Assembly: GCA_024346625.1 (NCBI GenBank)
Contig: AP024664.1
Span: 310,001-374,000 of the forward strand
Reading direction: 5' to 3'
Length of the DNA: 64,000 nucleotides
Source of the DNA: Williopsis jadinii
Lineage: Eukaryota
Shown: piece after piece, positions 42,463-52,917 of the stretch
Layout of the letters: each line of letters opens with the position of its first letter
Numbering within the stretch: position 1 is the stretch's first letter
Translations under genes and position numbers: made by a program
The notes under the pieces: model-generated
The model's database searches: none
What the model was told of the DNA's origin: nothing
The model's input: the letters and a program-made list of their open reading frames with translations, nothing else

Positions 42463-42477
42463 TGAGTCACGAGTCAT
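42463..42477. promoter_or_regulatory. Tandem Gcn4-type sites in the NFS1/PET8 divergent promoter
   Basis: TGAGTCA 42463-42469 and GAGTCAT 42471-42477. Confidence 0.5.
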
Positions 42478-42633
42478 CATTGCCATATCAGGGAATATTC
42501 GCGGCACCTCATCTCTGGGCCCCGAGGCCCGAGGGTGTTTGGCTTCTCTCTCTCTTGTCGGGTATTAATAGGCCTTCGAGGTTTCTTAGAGCAGGTCTTG
42601 TGGTCGAAGAGAGAGACATTGATAGTGTTTGAA

Positions 42634-43559
42634 ATGTCCAGCAATGACTTCCTTATATCACTGGTTGTATGTTTTCTTTTAGAGCAGGAGGGTGTGCTTT
42701 ATTCGGGCCTGTTCAGAGAGCAGGTCCTGGTTGGAGAATCGCTAACAACTTTCACTAGAGTGGTGCAGCAGCTGGTACCTCCACTGACCTCACATTTTTC
42801 CCCATAGATACCGTCAAGACAAGATTACAGGCCAAAGGTGGTTTCTTCGCCAATGGTGGGTGGAAGGGGATCTACCGTGGATTGGGATCTGCAGTGATTG
42901 CAAGCGCACCATCTGCGTCGCTGTTCTTTGTCACCTATGACTCCATGAAGTCATTTCTCACACCGAGACTGCAATCAAAGATTGCCAACCAAGACGTTGC
43001 AAGTGCACTGTCCCATATGGCGTCTGCGTCGTGTGGTGAAGTCGCTGCGTGTCTAGTTAGAGTACCAGCAGAGGTCATCAAGCAGCGTACACAGACTTCA
43101 AAGTTCTCATCGTCATGGCAAACGTTCCAAGCATTGTGGAACAATCACGGAGGTGAAGGGCTCAGAGGGTTCTACAGAGGCTGGTCTACAACAATCATGC
43201 GTGAGATACCCTTCACCATGATCCAATTCCCGCTGTACGAATGGCTAAAGAAGAAATGGGCACTGAAGCAAAAGGTTGAGAAGGTGAACCCATTACAAGG
43301 TGCGTTATGTGGCTCCATTGCTGGAGGCTTCGCAGCAGCAGTCACAACCCCACTAGACGTCTTGAAGACAAGAATCATGCTGGAAGACACGAGAGTGGGA
43401 GTGTTGCATTTGGCAAAGACCATCTTAAAAGAGGAGGGTATCAAAGTGTTCTTCAGCGGAGTTGGACCAAGAACCATGTGGATCAGTGCGGGTGGTGCTA
43501 TATTCCTGGGGGTTTATGAAGCAGTCAGCACAACCCTGAGATCTTTCAACAAAGATTGA
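42634..43559 (+). CDS. PET8: Mitochondrial S-adenosylmethionine carrier; exons 42634-42666 and 42759-43559
   Basis: Phase-0 intron (GTATGT...GCTAAC...TAG); FFPIDTVKTRLQAKGGFFANGG, REIPFTMIQFPLYE, GPRTMWISAGGAIFLG. Confidence 0.93.
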
Positions 43560-44234
43560 AGCATTAACCGTATAGATTCGGTGTGTATAGAACAGGCAAG
43601 AAGTGTATACATAGGTACAACGCTGATGTAAGCTGACGCAAGCTGATGTACGGGTGTTGAGGTGTTTGGATGTCTACCTCTCCGGACATATCGGAACACC
43701 TTCTCCTCTCCTCTCGTAACCGGAATTTTGATGCAGTTTTGAGATGCATGTCGGAATTTTGGATGATCAATTCCTCTTTTTTGGCTTGGGCCGGGCAACA
43801 TTTATCCTTCCCACTGACCAATCACAAGGCTTAATTAGTGTTTACTCAGCAAGCAGCGATGAGCCCCATGCCTGGCTACCGTCTGCTTACAGTTCAAGCC
43901 TCTTCGAGACATAATTCATAGCGTAACGTAGCGGGCTTCAGAGGCACTGGTGGGCGAACTGACAAACTCTGCATGCTACGTCATAGGATTATTAAGGGGA
44001 GGAAAGTTCCAGATCGTTGCAAGTTGACTAAGAGTGACCGTTGTTTATAATCGTGCCATCTGTAGAGTTGCTTGAAAACTTTTGAGCCAGCATGTTCAAG
44101 TGGGGAGAGTGTTTTGACTCTGTTTCTATATAAAGAAGGTGGAAGCCGGAACTCCTGTGTTACTGTTCTATATCCATCCAGTAATTTATCACGGCACAGG
44201 TTTAGACTACTTTAGTTCACACTCTCTAAGCATC

Positions 44235-45317
44235 ATGGCAACCTTTGCTATCCCAAGAATATCGAGAAGAGCACTCTATGCTCTTTCAGGAGCCACTGCC
44301 CTGGTCTCGGGCACCTATGTATACTCCCATTACGGCAAGAGACCACAAGGAAATGGTCCTAACGGCGGTAAGATGATGGCTGCTGCTGCCATTGCCAACA
44401 CTCCTTTCCATGCTGAAAAGGTTTCACACGTGGAGGGTGACTATCAGAAAATCTACAACGCAATTGCAGAGGCAATCCGTGATAACGATGAGTATGATGA
44501 CTATATCGGATGGGGCCCAGTACTGGTTCGTTACGCATGGCACTCCAGTGGTACCTATGCCCAAGCGTCTAGCGGTTGTCCTCATGCCACTGGTGGCTCA
44601 TTTGGTGGTACTATTAGATGGCCTAAGGAGCTGGGAGACGGTGCTAACAACGGTTTGCAAAATGCCGAGTGGTTTATGAAGAAGATCCACGACAAGTTTG
44701 ATTGGATTTCATGGGGTGATTTGGTCACTCTAGGTGGTGTTACAGCTATCCAGGAGATGGGTGGACCAAAGATTGGATGGAGAGCAGGACGTAAAGAGCT
44801 GTCAGCAGACAATGCAATGACATCGAGATTGCCCGATGCATCTAAGGATGCCGACTATGTGAGACATTTGTTTGCCCGCATGGGTTTCGAAGACCGTGAG
44901 GTTGTCTCTCTTATCGGTGCTCATGCCCTCGGCTCATGTCACGTTTATGCTCCATTGTTGCCAGGACAGAAGAGGCCAATTCCAGGTTCCGGCTACACCA
45001 ACAGATGGACAGCTTCTCCAAACTACTTCACAAATGAGTTCTTCAAGCTGCTTGTTGATGACAAGTCATGGCACTGGAAAGAGTGGGACGGTCCAAAGCA
45101 ATGGGAGAACAAAGATGGTTTGATGATGCTTCCGACTGATATGGCTTTGGTGCAGGATCCAAAGTACAAGAAGATTGTTGAGATGTATGCCAAAGACCAG
45201 GACTTGTTCTTCAAGGACTTTGCTAAGGACTTTCAAAAGTTGCTGGAGTTGGGAATTGAGTATCCAAAGGAGACAAAGACTTTCTACTTTAAGACACTGG
45301 ATGAACAAAACATCTGA
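44235..45317 (+). CDS. CCP1: Cytochrome c peroxidase (class I haem peroxidase)
   Basis: Distal RYAWH, proximal GAHALG..H, Trp in SGYTNRW, LMMLPTDMAL; bipartite-looking presequence; CCAAT at 43818 and TATA near 44128 upstream. Confidence 0.85.
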   Translation: MATFAIPRISRRALYALSGATALVSGTYVYSHYGKRPQGNGPNGGKMMAAAAIANTPFHAEKVSHVEGDYQKIYNAIAEAIRDNDEYDDYIGWGPVLVRYAWHSSGTYAQASSGCPHATGGSFGGTIRWPKELGDGANNGLQNAEWFMKKIHDKFDWISWGDLVTLGGVTAIQEMGGPKIGWRAGRKELSADNAMTSRLPDASKDADYVRHLFARMGFEDREVVSLIGAHALGSCHVYAPLLPGQKRPIPGSGYTNRWTASPNYFTNEFFKLLVDDKSWHWKEWDGPKQWENKDGLMMLPTDMALVQDPKYKKIVEMYAKDQDLFFKDFAKDFQKLLELGIEYPKETKTFYFKTLDEQNI

Positions 45318-45825
45318 TTTGATCCACTCTGTCTACCACTATTTATAATGCACATTCAACACAAATACAAAGAACAAACCATTAACACGTAGTGAATTGA
45401 GTAATTACGCAGTTGTGAGTGACAGCAGCTAAGGCCGGACTCACGGTTGTGTCATATAACATCCAAACACCAATGGGAGGCCTCCCGTAAGATCACCAAG
45501 CAGTGTTTATTAAGTGGTGTCTGGATGTAACAATTCACCACCTCCTCGTGTGGACTACGACAGTGTGTATATTCGTTTCAAGAGGGTAGTTCACCGCTGT
45601 CTGTACTCACCAGAGCGTGTCCTGTCGACTCAACCCCGGCTCGTAATCTTCTCTATCCATTATTATTTCGCCAAATATGGGCCTTTTCGTAGTCATCGCT
45701 ACGGTATAAGCTCCCGGCAATCATCATCAACACCTTTGAAAATTTTATGGGTGTCGACACTTTTTCCTACTGAACCCACGCACAATCTCCACCGTAGACT
45801 AATTAGAATCGTATTCATATTTACA

Positions 45826-46479
45826 ATGGCTGAAGTTGAGGTGAGTAGCCGACCCTGGGAAGGCCATTGCCATGAACAATGCAACTAACCTGAATAAAAA
45901 ACAAAGATTAAACCAAAAGACGTGCTTTACTGTGGTGTCTGTTCGTTCCCTCCAGAGTACTGTGAGTTTGGTGGGTCCTTCAAGAAGTGCAAACTATGGT
46001 TAGAGGAAGAGGATCCGGAGTTGTTCAACCAGTTATATTCCGAGGAGGCCCTGGCGAACGCCACCTCCACACTCAGTGTAGAGAAGCAGGAGAAGATTGA
46101 GAAGGACTTACAGAAGAAACAGGCCAAGGAAGAGGCCAAGCAGGAGAGGGAGTTGAAGAAGAAGTTGGAGTCCAAAGTGACGTTGAAGAGAATCGAGAGA
46201 ACCAAGAGAAAACATGCCATCGCCATCTCAGGTTTGGAGGTGTTTGATATTGACATGAAGAAGCTGGCAAAGACGTTTGCTTCGAAGTTTGCTACTGGTT
46301 GCTCTGTCACAAAGGGCGCAGATAAGAAGGAGGAGATTGTTGTTCAAGGTGACGTTGGTGATCAGGTTGAAGCATACATCACGTCCTTGTTGAAGGAAAA
46401 GGGACTCAATGACATCAAAGTGGAGCAAGTGGAGGAGAAGAAGAAGAAGAAGAAGGACCCTGAAGCCACAGCTGCTTGA
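45826..46479 (+). CDS. TMA22: Translation recycling/reinitiation factor Tma22 (DENR); exons 45826-45840 and 45907-46479
   Basis: YCGVCSFPPEYCEF, FASKFATGCSV, EIVVQGDV; intron GTGAGT...AACTAAC...AAG. Confidence 0.92.
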
Positions 46480-46545
46480 TCTCGCAAGCCTACGTCAGTC
46501 AGCTAAACCAATCAACTGTTTTCATTAGGTGTACATATTAAGAAG

Positions 46546-49320
46546 CTATACCTCCTCCCGAAATTTCAAACTGTATAAGATGTCTTTCCTAGAAGTCTCG
46601 TCTTCAATTGCGCCTAGTTGGCTGAGAAGTTGATCCATATACATGCTAAAGTTCTTGAACTTGTTGAATCTCGAATGTTTGAAGAACATTACATGGTTTG
46701 TTGAGCAGCCCCGTATCAGCCCAAAGATCATGGAAATCAGTTCGTGAACGCTCATGTTGTCCTGTGTAAGCGTCTCGATGACTAACAATTCAACCTGCTT
46801 TTTGATGTACAATGAGTCTTTGAAACTGGACAAGGGTGGCAGAAGAGGAATATCCATATAACTCGAGCTTCTAGTGCCGGTGAAGCTTCTATCCACAGGC
46901 GAGGTGGAGCTCGTGTTATCAGCGTTACTAATCCCGAGCGTGACACTGAGCTCTTTAGTAACCGTTTTACCTCTCCATTTGTACTGCCATTTCAAGATGG
47001 ATACATCATGGTAGGCGTTCTTCACCAATGGATACGATTCACACAGTTTCTTAGTGTCAATGGCGATGTCGAATCTGGAATTATGGTAATACCCATCTTC
47101 CAGGTCCTTTAAGCTTATAGTTAAATGGTGTGGATCCTGTGGCGTGCACATCTCTCCATGGCTTTCAACTTGTGCAAATGCAAATGGTGAAGACTCTTCG
47201 ATCTCCATTGTCAATTGGAAATCGCTGGTATAGACCTTTTGGAAATGTTCAACCATGTTGGTGGCCTTGGAGTGGAATTGGCTGAAATCTTGGTACCTGG
47301 CCAGTTGGTACTGGTAGCGGTGTTCATTGTGTATCAATTGAACTAAAGAATCCGTCGTCTTATCGTAGTGCTCAGAGACAAGACAGTCACAGAGACTAAA
47401 ACCTTTATTCATGATCCACTGGAAGTTATCAGGAGTAAAAACATCAAGGGCATCAGCACATCGTATGAGAACAAGCTTCTTTATGACACCTTCATCACAC
47501 AGTTCTGGAACCACAATACACAGCTTCTTCAAACTCCTCACAACGCTAGACATCTCGCAACGTGTTCCAGAGGCATAACTCTCCAGGTCTTCAATGATTT
47601 CTTCCCAGCCACTCCACGAAGAAGAAGTCATGCCGTAGAAAGTAGAAGCTGCAGGATCAGGCTCTCTTTCTCCTGATCTCCCTAGAACCACAAGTCCAAA
47701 TCTATCCTGTGGTTCTAAGTGGGAAAGTATCAGGTGTAATGAGTGCTTGATGTCCCTGTCGTACTCTTCATTGGAGGTGGGCGTGGTGTTACACAGGGTT
47801 ACACTGACAATGAGATTCAATGGTAGCCTTTTTGGTGCAGGAAGAACTTGTTTCATAATGTTGAAGGGCAAGTCCAGGCCCTTCTCTGTTAACCTGTTGA
47901 ATTTTCTGGCATCTTCAGGAATATCCAAAGCTCCATCGTCTACCAAGCACCAATTATTAGTGCTCATCTGAATCAAAGGAATTTGACCATTTCGCTTCAG
48001 CTTGTAGGCAAAAAAGTCATCCCATTTGGACATCACAACTTGGTTGCTGGATCTTATTTGTAGCTCTGGTAAAGTCATTGTGGAGAAGAATAAGGTCAAA
48101 TCACCATGCTGAAGAACAGAGTTAGTGAAGTGATCCTTTAGTAACACCGAACCTACAATTGTGCTGAAAGATTCGTGTACCAATATCAAAGTCGAAGTAA
48201 AGACGAATCCATTGACTGTTTCCCAAGACTCACCGTCGATTGAAATTTCAAATTGATCAAAGATTGTCAACGGGGGTAGCTTGTCCAAGTCTATGCCCTT
48301 AAGATCAACAATTCTCTCTTTGAAGATTGAAATCACCTTGTTGTGTATATCAGATCTCAACTTGAAGTCCTCGCTGGTCTTTTCTTCCTCGATTTCATTT
48401 GTAAAGATATTGACCAAATGTGAAATGGTATAGCTTGATACAGTATTGTTGATAGTATGTTTGTTAAATTCGCCAACAATTGAAACTTGTGGTTTCAACA
48501 AGTCATCTGCAATGACTGATGGAGAGGCTTGTTTGGACCAGCTTGGTACGAACGTTGGCGTTGACAAGGTTGATGGTGTAAATGGATTGTTGGAAGTATA
48601 GCAGTCACAAGTTGGATGAAACCCAGATGAGTTCAACTGGTCAGTCATTTTATCCAGAGGTGTCATGGGGATTGCCGAACCGAGGAATTTTGAGTTGAAC
48701 CCTGACTGTGGTGGTATTTGAGGTAAAACAGTATCAACAACTGGTGTGATACGATCTAACTGCTCCTCAAATCCAAAATCTTCTGTGTTTTGGTTTATTA
48801 AGATCTCTGAATACATCTCCTCGAGAATTGCTTCATCCACTGGTTTTGACTTGACTCCACATAACGAGCATATTGGCAGATCACTGATATCATCTTTGTT
48901 TAAAAGAACTCTATAACAGTTGTAATGGCACTTGTGGTTACAACTCAATTCCAATACCTTTTCAGTGGAAAGCCTCATTGCCATCAATTCCTCACAAAAC
49001 CCACACTGCTCCTTCATATAGTTCTTTGACGGTCTTTGCATAGGAGTCGGAGAGTTCAAGGTGGATACTGGCGATGAAGATCCATCTATGAGCTTTGCGA
49101 TTTGCTGCGTAGGACTTATATGGCTCAAACGCTGTCTCTCAACAGTTGGTGGTGGAGTTAAAGAGTCCAACCGCAAAGGTTCCGGCAATCTTGACCTTTT
49201 TGACATGCCATTGGGAGTTGTAGCTACGAACAGCCTTGAGATCTTTGAACTCTTTCGATACCCTGCTGAAGGAGGTGTCGAGTTAACGCCACGCTGTCTT
49301 TTATTAGCAGTAGGTCTCAT
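46546..49320 (-). CDS. FAR1: Far1 CDK inhibitor/polarity scaffold (RING-H2, PH-like, vWA-like)
   Basis: KRSRLPEPLRL..LTPPPT resembles the Far1 MAPK-docking/degron region; RING C..CEE....EKVLELSC.H..HYNCY is Far1-like rather than Ste5-like; start at 49320 inferred. Confidence 0.72.
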   Translation of the reverse strand: MRPTANKRQRGVNSTPPSAGYRKSSKISRLFVATTPNGMSKRSRLPEPLRLDSLTPPPTVERQRLSHISPTQQIAKLIDGSSSPVSTLNSPTPMQRPSKNYMKEQCGFCEELMAMRLSTEKVLELSCNHKCHYNCYRVLLNKDDISDLPICSLCGVKSKPVDEAILEEMYSEILINQNTEDFGFEEQLDRITPVVDTVLPQIPPQSGFNSKFLGSAIPMTPLDKMTDQLNSSGFHPTCDCYTSNNPFTPSTLSTPTFVPSWSKQASPSVIADDLLKPQVSIVGEFNKHTINNTVSSYTISHLVNIFTNEIEEEKTSEDFKLRSDIHNKVISIFKERIVDLKGIDLDKLPPLTIFDQFEISIDGESWETVNGFVFTSTLILVHESFSTIVGSVLLKDHFTNSVLQHGDLTLFFSTMTLPELQIRSSNQVVMSKWDDFFAYKLKRNGQIPLIQMSTNNWCLVDDGALDIPEDARKFNRLTEKGLDLPFNIMKQVLPAPKRLPLNLIVSVTLCNTTPTSNEEYDRDIKHSLHLILSHLEPQDRFGLVVLGRSGEREPDPAASTFYGMTSSSWSGWEEIIEDLESYASGTRCEMSSVVRSLKKLCIVVPELCDEGVIKKLVLIRCADALDVFTPDNFQWIMNKGFSLCDCLVSEHYDKTTDSLVQLIHNEHRYQYQLARYQDFSQFHSKATNMVEHFQKVYTSDFQLTMEIEESSPFAFAQVESHGEMCTPQDPHHLTISLKDLEDGYYHNSRFDIAIDTKKLCESYPLVKNAYHDVSILKWQYKWRGKTVTKELSVTLGISNADNTSSTSPVDRSFTGTRSSSYMDIPLLPPLSSFKDSLYIKKQVELLVIETLTQDNMSVHELISMIFGLIRGCSTNHVMFFKHSRFNKFKNFSMYMDQLLSQLGAIEDETSRKDILYSLKFREEV

Positions 49321-50368
49321 AACTTGTTGGTATGGTAGTACGAGGTTGACTGATGTGCAGTGAAGGCCAGAAAGAGAGAAAGAAAGAAGGCGTAAAACAC
49401 ACACACCCTGAGCGTCCGCTTCCTCTCTACTAGTTGATATCATTTCACAGAATCTTTCGACTTCTAAATCTTTTATAAAACTTTTCCAAATAGCAACACA
49501 GTAACTACTGGAAACGTCCCATATCCCCAGCAACTCAACCACTTTTTGAGGTTTGTACATGACTACTGGACCATCACTGAGACATTTATGCAAGGGTATG
49601 CAGATTGCACTCTCTACCGTGGGAAAGCCCAATATCGTTGTCATTATTTCTATGAAATGCCAGTAAATTCTGTCTCTACAAACACGCTTCTAGTCAAATA
49701 TGCCCAATACAAGAGACGTTGGTATTCGCCTTTGTCCATTCTTCTCTGATATCGAGTTTTCTGGGACTTCAACAAGAGTTCTCAGAGTTTCTTTTCCAAA
49801 CACCCTGTGTCTTCAGTTGAAGAATGTTTTTGAGGCTACGATACAGCACCCTTTGCAAGCCATTGCTGCCTAGCCAGTATGCTTCCTCCTGCAGTCTCAA
49901 GAGGACACATGTAGTGATTATTCCAGAAAGGGTAAGTCATCTCCCCTTCCCCATTTGATAGTTGTAAGATGTTGGCAATATACCATAGTCTAAATTCTGA
50001 TCACGTGAGTCATCACGTTTCATTTCTACACTATGTAATTTTTCCACACACAGAAAAGTGAAAAAAATAGCGCTAATATCGATCATTGTTTACTTTCGCA
50101 AGACTATTTAAAACTACACAGAAAGAGCTCTTCCAAAGACAAACCCCTTACGAGAGGCTCAACTTGCTGAGATCAACACAAACAAAGTCCAAGAGGAAGG
50201 AAGTTTTGTATACAACACACAGACCGTTTGTTTGGACCATTCCTTCGATTCCTCTTCTTCTACTACGTGTGGTTTTTTTTTTCTGCACATTCATAACTCT
50301 TGTTGATCTGGAAGAAGACAAAGAGATACAGAGATAGAAACTGGGGCAGAGCCTGTGTGTGGTGAGAG

Positions 50369-52621
50369 ATGGACTTGGTGCCTATAATACCGAACTACTC
50401 CTTAAAGGATACGGTGGCGCTGTTGATGGTGTTGCTAGCGTTGCCGCCCATGTTCAGCGGCGCTCTGCTGGCGTTGTATACATTGGCCTCAATGGGGACG
50501 AGGTGGGCGGTCTCTCTAACGTCAAGGTTGTTGCTCAATGGTAACCCACACGCCATGTCCACAGTGACCGCATCATCGCGTAAACAGCTACAGTCTGAGC
50601 AAGCGCAACAACAGCAACAACAGCAACAACAGCAGCAGCAGCAGCAGCAGCAAGAAGACGAACACAGCGGTAGCTACTTGTCAGCGTTTGTACTGATCAT
50701 CGTCTCAGATGTGTTTCTGTGCATTGTTTTGAAGCTCACAGGTCCGCTGATGACCAAAGTGGCACTTGTGCTTTCGAAGGCGATCTTATCGGCAAGCCTA
50801 TGTGGAGGTGATTGGATCTCAGTGATATTGGCGATGTCTATAGCGTTGACCTCTGATAAATTGTTTGGGATGGCTTCTCTGTACATACTCCAACAATTCG
50901 GGTTCAGTATAACGTCACAGCATTCGCTGTTCCCACATCTATCCACTTCGAACTCTCATCTGTTTCAGTTTTTTTCAACATTGTTTTCAAGTTATGCCCA
51001 TTGGCAACAAAAGTATCTCCAATTTTACTCATACAACACCTATAGAGAAGTATTTTACCTATGTTTCAAGTTTTTGATCGATGTTCTCAATCTCATGCTC
51101 TCTATCCATATCATTCTGATTTCATTCACAAGCATCTTCAAAAATAACTTTTTTTCAAGATCAATCAACCAATTTGCACTGTTGCATTCCGATTTGCACA
51201 TCCAAACGATACATCCCGTGCTTGTAAAAGATCGAACAAGGGAGTTCAAGATTGTTTCGGTGGAGGTATCTCAAGAGCAAGCCGACACGAAGCTTGTTCT
51301 CTGGGATGAAAATGACTACTCCATGGAAACACCTGCCTCATATCCAGAGACAGAACCTTCAGATGCATTATCTAGTCGAAATATAGTTGCTGGGAATTTT
51401 GTTGTATTCTGTTCTGCTATATTTTCAAGAGCTAAAAGCTCACTGAAAGGTATCCAACCTATATGGTGTTTTGTTGCTACCTTGAAGGCAATGTCACTTC
51501 GTAAGGATATCTATTCCGGTGAAGTCGAGGCAAACAAAGGAGATGATAATTCCTTGATCCTCTCCGATTATATCAACAAGTATGACGATTATGTCTTTGC
51601 CAATTTTGACCAATGCTTTAAGAGGAATAGAATCCTAATCTTTGTTGACTACATTGGGGAAACGCTCATCAGCTTCCAGTTGAAAAACTATAACCATGGT
51701 GATATCATCATCAGAGTGAACGGGATCATCTGGTATCAGGTTTCGAGAGGTGACCACAACGATGAGGAATATTTCATTGTTGGTGGGTTGACTCCACTAT
51801 CTCAATACGATGTACAATTTATCATCGAGGAAAAGGATGAGTTTGGCAATAAGAAAAAGTATCTTATTGACGATTTGATTGTTAGTACTGTTGACAAAGA
51901 TGGGAACAATATCTCTACTGCTAAAAGCACAAGCAGCAAGGTTCTATCTCCTTTAGTTACACTCCAAGAGAGCTTAATCACCACTACTGACAATCTCAAT
52001 CAGGAGAGAGTGAAGTTAAAGAAGCAACGTAAAGAGATCAGCAAGAAGCTAAACTCATATAAGCAGGAGATTGACAAGTTGAAGAGCCGGATAAGCAGTA
52101 GTGATAATAATGATCTCAAGAATTGGAACAAAGTTTCCATGTTGAGAACCTCTGTTAAACAAGCTGAAGAAGACGTGTCAAAAGTTGAAAATGAGCTTGC
52201 CCAAATTGAAACCCAGGAGACGGAAGTTTACGAAGTATACATCGTTGAAAAGAGGAAGTTCGAACAACAGTTGAGGAATTTCCAGAATTTCAAGAACACG
52301 TATAACGGTCGCGTGGATACCAAACGTACAAGACTTTCTGATTTGAATGTTGATTTGGACAACTTGACCTCCAAGAGAGATAGGCTTCAGAACAAGGCCG
52401 ACAAGTTTTCAACCGAACTATCCAAAGTTGAGAAGGAGTTGGACTCGCTCTACAAGAGCGATCTGACTGCAAGAATAACATCCAGACAGATCCGTAACGA
52501 CAAAAGAAATGGATTATTGGGTGAGTTTACCAAAGAGATCGAAAAGATGCAAACTGGATGTACCAAACTGGAAGAGGAGAATGCCAAATTGATGAAGAGA
52601 CTATTGAGCTCGTCGCAATGA
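50369..52621 (+). CDS. Multi-pass membrane protein with Fn3-like and coiled-coil C-terminus (Nnf2/AcrB-like)
   Basis: Several TM segments, polyQ, IRVNGIIWYQV...GLTPLSQYDVQF, SPLVTLQESL and a long coiled coil. Confidence 0.65.
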   Translation: MDLVPIIPNYSLKDTVALLMVLLALPPMFSGALLALYTLASMGTRWAVSLTSRLLLNGNPHAMSTVTASSRKQLQSEQAQQQQQQQQQQQQQQQQEDEHSGSYLSAFVLIIVSDVFLCIVLKLTGPLMTKVALVLSKAILSASLCGGDWISVILAMSIALTSDKLFGMASLYILQQFGFSITSQHSLFPHLSTSNSHLFQFFSTLFSSYAHWQQKYLQFYSYNTYREVFYLCFKFLIDVLNLMLSIHIILISFTSIFKNNFFSRSINQFALLHSDLHIQTIHPVLVKDRTREFKIVSVEVSQEQADTKLVLWDENDYSMETPASYPETEPSDALSSRNIVAGNFVVFCSAIFSRAKSSLKGIQPIWCFVATLKAMSLRKDIYSGEVEANKGDDNSLILSDYINKYDDYVFANFDQCFKRNRILIFVDYIGETLISFQLKNYNHGDIIIRVNGIIWYQVSRGDHNDEEYFIVGGLTPLSQYDVQFIIEEKDEFGNKKKYLIDDLIVSTVDKDGNNISTAKSTSSKVLSPLVTLQESLITTTDNLNQERVKLKKQRKEISKKLNSYKQEIDKLKSRISSSDNNDLKNWNKVSMLRTSVKQAEEDVSKVENELAQIETQETEVYEVYIVEKRKFEQQLRNFQNFKNTYNGRVDTKRTRLSDLNVDLDNLTSKRDRLQNKADKFSTELSKVEKELDSLYKSDLTARITSRQIRNDKRNGLLGEFTKEIEKMQTGCTKLEEENAKLMKRLLSSSQ

Positions 52622-52917
52622 ACTGTTAACATTTTATTATTTTCTTGATGTGTTTGTTTGTTTGTTTTGTTTTGTTTTTGTTAAAACCAGTGAGAGCTAT
52701 ACCTCAAATCGTTGTCTTATCATTATCACTAAGTTATTATAATTATTATTATAGCTATTATATTAACACCAGGAGAAGATATGTCTGATGACTAATTGCT
52801 TATGTAAGGGATTTCACCTCACTCACAGGGTTTTTCGAAGTTTTGAAGAAGAATTTTTGACCCACCCCTCTCTTTTGACGAACTTCTGGTCAATTGAAAT
52901 ATTCAAGGAATCAAGTA

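Noticed and set aside
49321..49644. N-terminal extensions proposed by the ORF track (FAR1; also MOCS2B, stomatin-like, OSM1, SGF29, CCP1)
   Set aside because: They mostly use non-ATG starts or run through promoter DNA; downstream ATGs fit the known N-termini better.
50000..50103. Point-centromere mimic: CDEI-like ATCACGTG, 79-bp spacer, then TGTTTACTTTCG
   Set aside because: The spacer is about 32% GC by hand count (CDEII is over 85% AT) and the essential CDEIII CCG is absent; better explained as Cbf1 and forkhead promoter sites.
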